Of a stretch of 20,000 nt of DNA, positions 16,224-20,000 are shown in pieces. The notes beneath the pieces were generated by a model. That model saw nothing but the letters and a program-made list of their open reading frames with translations, did no database searches and was not told where the DNA came from. This DNA comes from an uncultured virus (IMG/VR IMGVR_UViG_3300045738_001030) (lineage: Duplodnaviria > Heunggongvirae > Uroviricota > Caudoviricetes). Location of the stretch: IMG/VR virus record IMGVR_UViG_3300045738_001030. One strand, written 5' to 3'. Both the position numbers and the translations under genes were made by a program. Within the stretch, counting starts at the first letter, position 1, and every line of letters starts with the position of its first letter.

Positions 16224-19200
16224 GTGGCCGCAACTACTCAATGCCCGCAAGGTCCTCAAGACCCGGTATTTAATATCCAAGCGTGCCAAGTTCCCTGCAT
16301 TTTTCCAGTGCCGGAAGGGAATTGGGGTCAGTTTTGGGTACCGCAAGGACCGCAGGACATTGATGACACTCTGAATGTGGATTTTATATTTCCGGAGCAG
16401 GAGATACCGTGTCCGACGCTAACATCGGCGAGTCCTTTATTAACAATTACTGAGGGAGCTTGTTGCGACTTCGAATTTGACATCAATCTCGATATACCAT
16501 GTCCTCTTCTGACGGCTGCACAGTCAATAACGTCAATTGTTGATGTCGGGTTAGAATTTGCAGAACTGATTATTGAAACACCGGGCTCTGCTGACTCTGA
16601 GTCGGCAGAGGATTGTGCGTTCGAATTTCAATTGGATATTGCTTTCCCGTGTCCGATTTTGATTTCTCAGCAACAGGCATGGACGACTGTTGTTCCAGTC
16701 GGCGAAGAGAGTGCTTCTCTTACCATTCTCAATGCGCAACAAGACTGTAATTTCGAATTTGAGTTGGATATTGCTTTCCCGTGTCCGGATCTTTCGGTGG
16801 GAGGGCAGGCACAAATATCTATTGTGCCTGTGGGACAGGAGTGGGCAGAGATCGTCATTGCCACTGTGCAACAGGTCGATTGCACTTTTGAATTCGATCT
16901 TATTGTTGACTTCCCATGTCCCGAAATAACTGGTGCTCAGGCGCAAACCTCTATTGTACTGATAGGCGATGAGGCCGCTGAGGTTATCGTTACGAAGTCT
17001 CAGGCTCAAGATTGCACTTTTGACATAGATATTAACATTGATTTCCCTTGCCCCCAGATAACCAGTGCTCAAGCACAAGTAGCTATTGTGCCGGTGGGCG
17101 AAGAGACGTTTGAACTAACCGTCACAAAAGTGCAGGAATGCAGTTTTGAGATGGATATTGTTATTGATTTCCCCTGCCCTCAAATAACTGGTGCTCAGGC
17201 TCAGACATTTATCGTTCCGGTGGGCAAAGAAACGTTTGAGATAATCGTCACGAAAGTGCAGGACTGCAATTTCGAGATGGATATCGTCGTTGATTTCCCG
17301 TGTCCGCAAATCACGGTTGGGGTTCAGGCTCAATACAGCGTTGTTCTTATTGGTCAGGAAGATGCTGAATTTACTGTCGTATTGACGTCTCCCCAGTCCT
17401 GCACGTTTGATTTTGAATTTGATTTAGATGTCAAGTTTCCCTGTCCTGTAATAACTGGTTCTCAGGCGATAACATCTGTTGTTTTAGTGGGGTCAGAATA
17501 CGCTGAGATCATCGTTACCAAAAGTGGCGATTGCACTTTTGATTTGGATCTTGACATTGATTTTCCATGCCCGCTGATCACGGTGGATAATTCTCCCGGT
17601 TACTGGAGTGTTGTCCCGGTTGGATCTGAAAAAGCAGAAATTTATGTCACTAAAAGCGGCGACTGCAATTTCGAATTTAGCGTAGAAGTTGATTTTCCCT
17701 GTCCGTCTATGAGCGTAGATAACTCTCCCGGTTACACCAGTGTTGTGCCGATTGGGTCTGAAAAAGCAGAAATTTATGTCGCCAAAAGCGGCGACTGCGA
17801 TTTTGAATTTCATATAGAAGTTGATTTTCCATGCCCTCAAATAATTACCAGCGCGACTTATAGCGGTGGCGGCACAGGAACGGGAGGAGATGCTGGGTTA
17901 ATCGTTACTAAAAGTGGCGATTGCACGTTTGAGATAGCTTTAGACATAGAGTTCCCATGTCCTACAGTTCTTACTCCTAGTACGGTCACAGCTCAAACAA
18001 AGCTTGTTCCGTATGGGGATGAGAAAGCGTTTTTATATCTCACCAAGACAGATGCTTGTACTTACGCTTTTGCATTACAGATTGAATTTCCGCAATGTCC
18101 CATTACCCTGCAAACTGTTCAGTCAGGTGTATCGTGGGGGACCGACGATACGCCAGAAGCTGCTGAAAACTACTTAACTATTACCAAATTCGATGAGTGC
18201 AAGTATGACTTTAAACTCACCGTACAGTTTCCATGCCCGGAACTAAAAGTCGATCCGGCGGTTGATGATGGTCATTACGTTGCTGTTGGTATTCCCGGCG
18301 TTTTCGATATCACAATCACGAAGAATCCATTCGAGCCGGAAAAATGTATATGGTATTTCATCATAGATGTCGATTGGCCATGTGTCGATCTTCAGCCGCC
18401 TATTGTTGATTCTACTGATTATTGGTGGGACGACGCGGCTGCACCAGTCGCCCGTAACCTCGGCGAGTATGGGGATGCTTACTTATACATTACGAAAAAC
18501 GTAGTTGCAGATACTTGCAAGTATGACTTTAGTTTAGATATTTTTTGGCCATGCCCTCTGCTTTACCCTCACATCGGCAATCCGGATGACTTCGTTGACT
18601 CTGAGGACTTTTGGGCCGCCTCCGTCGGTACTGTCGGAGATGCTCGTTTATACATCACGAAAAATGAGACTGATAACCCGGTACGTTGCAGATACGATTT
18701 CACTTTAGATATTTGGTGGCCATGCCCTTGGCTTGACCCCTACATCACCGGCCACAATCCGGACAACTACGTTGACTCTGCTGACCTTTGGGTGGCCGGA
18801 CTTAATCATGGAACGCGCGGTGCAATCGGAGATGCTCATTTAAGCATCACGAAAAATGAGGATGATGACCCGGTACGTTGCAGATACGATTTCACTTTAG
18901 ATGTTTGGTGGCCATGCCCTTGGCTGACCCCCTCCTCCGTCGATGGTCACCCGCACGTTACCTCTAATGACTTTTGGGCCCCCGTCGGTGGATTCGGTGA
19001 TACTCAGTTACACATCACGAAAAATGAGACTGATGACCCGGTACGTTGCAGATACGATTTCGTTTTCGATATGTTTTGGCCATGTCCCAAAATAGAGACG
19101 ACATATACTGAATACGCGGGGTGGTTGAGCCCCAATGGTTGGAACACAGCGGGTTATACGGGTGACCTGAAGATTGCAGAGTTTACGGCGGTCAATACCG

Positions 19201-20000
19201 GTGATTGCGTATGGAATCTTGACCTCGATCTGGAGATTGACTGGCCATGTCCATCACTCGAATACGATACAGCTAAACAGCATCTTCGTCTTGTTCGTGC
19301 TCCGGACTGGAATCCTCTTTATAACACGATTGTGATTCAACGGGCGACTTCTCCAGCTGGCCGGTGTATATGGGAATTTGGTCTGGAAGTGGAATTTCCA
19401 TGTCCGGCGTGGATCATGGGAGGGGTTGGAGCAAACGAAGCAACATACACTGCTCTAGTTACTCGTTCTCCCGGTCCGATGACTGAAACATTGACAGTTG
19501 AAGTGTATCATTACTCTGGTGATGGTGGAGCGCAGTGTGCCAAAAATTTAGTTTTAGGTCTCGATCTTGAGGCCGCCACTCCCGGGCCTCCCGGCCCCAG
19601 TGGAGGCCCCGGCCCCAGTGGAGGCCCCGGCCCCGGTGGCGCACCCGGCCCTGCCGGAATATCTTGGAAAGGTATTTGGGTTACTTCTACGGCATATGCC
19701 TTAAACGATGTAATCGTTTACATAGATGGCACAACTTACATCTGCATACAGGCTCACACCTCATCTGTCTCTATTACACCAACTGACGCTGCCTATTGGG
19801 ATATTCTTTCCGAGGCAGGCGATCCCGGCATAGACTGGCTGGGGTCTTGGGCCACTGCTATTGTATATGCCATAGGCGATTCGATAGCTTACGGCACAAG
19901 TCCGAAATCTTCCTTCATTTGCACAGCTGCCCATACTTCATCCGGTGCGATCTTACCCACTAATACATCTTATTGGGATATTCTTGCCGAACGGGGAGAT
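16224..20000 (+). CDS. Giant repetitive tail fibre/adhesin, 3'-truncated, at least 1259 aa (absent from ORF track)
   Basis: Manual translation from GTG 16224 (MAATTQCPQGPQDPVFNIQACQVPC...) gives no stop through 20000 (...YWDILAERGD). About 21 Cys repeats, a Gly-X-Y stretch and CBM-like modules all stay in this frame. Confidence 0.93.
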   Translation, partial: MAATTQCPQGPQDPVFNIQACQVPCIFPVPEGNWGQFWVPQGPQDIDDTLNVDFIFPEQEIPCPTLTSASPLLTITEGACCDFEFDINLDIPCPLLTAAQSITSIVDVGLEFAELIIETPGSADSESAEDCAFEFQLDIAFPCPILISQQQAWTTVVPVGEESASLTILNAQQDCNFEFELDIAFPCPDLSVGGQAQISIVPVGQEWAEIVIATVQQVDCTFEFDLIVDFPCPEITGAQAQTSIVLIGDEAAEVIVTKSQAQDCTFDIDINIDFPCPQITSAQAQVAIVPVGEETFELTVTKVQECSFEMDIVIDFPCPQITGAQAQTFIVPVGKETFEIIVTKVQDCNFEMDIVVDFPCPQITVGVQAQYSVVLIGQEDAEFTVVLTSPQSCTFDFEFDLDVKFPCPVITGSQAITSVVLVGSEYAEIIVTKSGDCTFDLDLDIDFPCPLITVDNSPGYWSVVPVGSEKAEIYVTKSGDCNFEFSVEVDFPCPSMSVDNSPGYTSVVPIGSEKAEIYVAKSGDCDFEFHIEVDFPCPQIITSATYSGGGTGTGGDAGLIVTKSGDCTFEIALDIEFPCPTVLTPSTVTAQTKLVPYGDEKAFLYLTKTDACTYAFALQIEFPQCPITLQTVQSGVSWGTDDTPEAAENYLTITKFDECKYDFKLTVQFPCPELKVDPAVDDGHYVAVGIPGVFDITITKNPFEPEKCIWYFIIDVDWPCVDLQPPIVDSTDYWWDDAAAPVARNLGEYGDAYLYITKNVVADTCKYDFSLDIFWPCPLLYPHIGNPDDFVDSEDFWAASVGTVGDARLYITKNETDNPVRCRYDFTLDIWWPCPWLDPYITGHNPDNYVDSADLWVAGLNHGTRGAIGDAHLSITKNEDDDPVRCRYDFTLDVWWPCPWLTPSSVDGHPHVTSNDFWAPVGGFGDTQLHITKNETDDPVRCRYDFVFDMFWPCPKIETTYTEYAGWLSPNGWNTAGYTGDLKIAEFTAVNTGDCVWNLDLDLEIDWPCPSLEYDTAKQHLRLVRAPDWNPLYNTIVIQRATSPAGRCIWEFGLEVEFPCPAWIMGGVGANEATYTALVTRSPGPMTETLTVEVYHYSGDGGAQCAKNLVLGLDLEAATPGPPGPSGGPGPSGGPGPGGAPGPAGISWKGIWVTSTAYALNDVIVYIDGTTYICIQAHTSSVSITPTDAAYWDILSEAGDPGIDWLGSWATAIVYAIGDSIAYGTSPKSSFICTAAHTSSGAILPTNTSYWDILAERGD
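16461..19406 (+). repeat. About 21 in-frame protein repeats (42-64 aa), core C-x-[FYW]-x-h-x-h-x-h-x-[FW]-P-C-P
   Basis: Examples: CAFEFQLDIAFPCP (16614), CNFEFELDIAFPCP (16746), CTFEFDLIVDFPCP (16881), CSFEMDIVIDFPCP (17139), CTFDLDLDIDFPCP (17532), CKYDFKLTVQFPCP (18198), CRYDFTLDIWWPCP (18687), CIWEFGLEVEFPCP (19365). Confidence 0.95.
18558..19088 (+). repeat. Three tandem DNA-level repeats (171, 192, 168 nt) with conserved core and variable loop
   Basis: ATCACGAAAAATGAG and ACCCGGTACGTTGCAGATACGATTTC are identical in all three units (18558-18728, 18729-18920, 18921-19088). Confidence 0.95.
19584..19658 (+). repeat. Collagen-like (Gly-X-Y)8 segment including an exact 18-nt tandem duplication
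   Basis: GPP GPS GGP GPS GGP GPG GAP GPA G; CCCGGCCCCAGTGGAGGC at 19590-19607 and 19608-19625. Confidence 0.92.
19659..20000 (+). repeat. Two tandem CBM5/12 (chitin-binding type 3)-like modules, probably continuing past the window
   Basis: WKGIWVTSTAYALNDVIVYIDGTTYICIQAHTS...P...YWDIL (from 19659) and WLGSWATAIVYAIGDSIAY...FICTAAHTS...P...YWDIL (from 19830) match the W-x5-Y-x-x-[GN]D-x-[VI]-x-Y...C-x-x-AHTS...W pattern. Confidence 0.8.

Larger units (their letters stand above)
1..20000 (+). mobile_element. Phage/prophage baseplate, tail-fibre and putative lysis module (contractile tail type)
   Basis: 18 co-directional ORFs with overlaps or gaps of at most about 40 nt. Recognisable gp25-like, baseplate J-like and gpI-like wedge genes, a holin-like gene and fibre genes; no host housekeeping genes. 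No integrase, att site, capsid or terminase in the window, so phage vs prophage vs CIS is unresolved. Confidence 0.9.

Noticed and set aside
9107..16604. Recurring [DE]-S-x-S motif (DSLS 9107, DSVS 12674, DSVS 13684, ESIS 15559, DSES 16593) as a possible cleavage or modification site
   Set aside because: Too short and low in complexity in Ser/Asp-rich proteins to separate from chance without homolog alignments.
16551..17840. Minus-strand ORFs (175, 72, 72, 115 aa) and the + strand 79-aa ORF over the repeat region
   Set aside because: Shadows of the repetitive giant + strand ORF; their periodicity simply mirrors its repeats.
18558..19088. CRISPR-like look of conserved cores separated by variable stretches
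   Set aside because: Unit lengths are multiples of 3 within an open frame, the spacers are homologous to each other, units are too long, and no cas genes are present.
19459..19644. Minus-strand ORF with GRGLHW repeats
   Set aside because: It is the reverse complement of the collagen-coding 18-nt repeat.
1..20000. Stop-codon reassignment (alternative genetic code)
   Set aside because: Genes tile the window almost completely under the standard code, and TAA, TAG and TGA all end genes right before the next start.

Overview
The whole window is a densely packed, co-directional (+ strand) morphogenesis operon of a contractile-tailed (myovirus-like) phage or prophage; a related contractile injection system cannot be fully excluded. 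In order: a 5'-truncated hub-like gene, an embedded sigma70-family gene, gp25/gpW-like and baseplate J-like wedge genes, then a four-gene cassette (2-TM holin-like protein, lipoprotein, papain-like C1 cysteine peptidase, second lipoprotein), a gpI/gp7-like wedge gene, fibre-attachment genes and five tandem paralogous proteins, most of them Cys-rich. The last 3.8 kb has almost nothing on the + strand of the ORF track, but my manual translation shows one ORF (GTG 16224 to beyond 20000, at least 1259 aa). It has about 21 C-x11-C-P beta-strand repeats, three recently duplicated hypervariable units with a possible DGR-like substitution pattern, a short collagen stretch and tandem CBM5/12-like modules. 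All functional calls come from motif recognition by eye; no database search was run.
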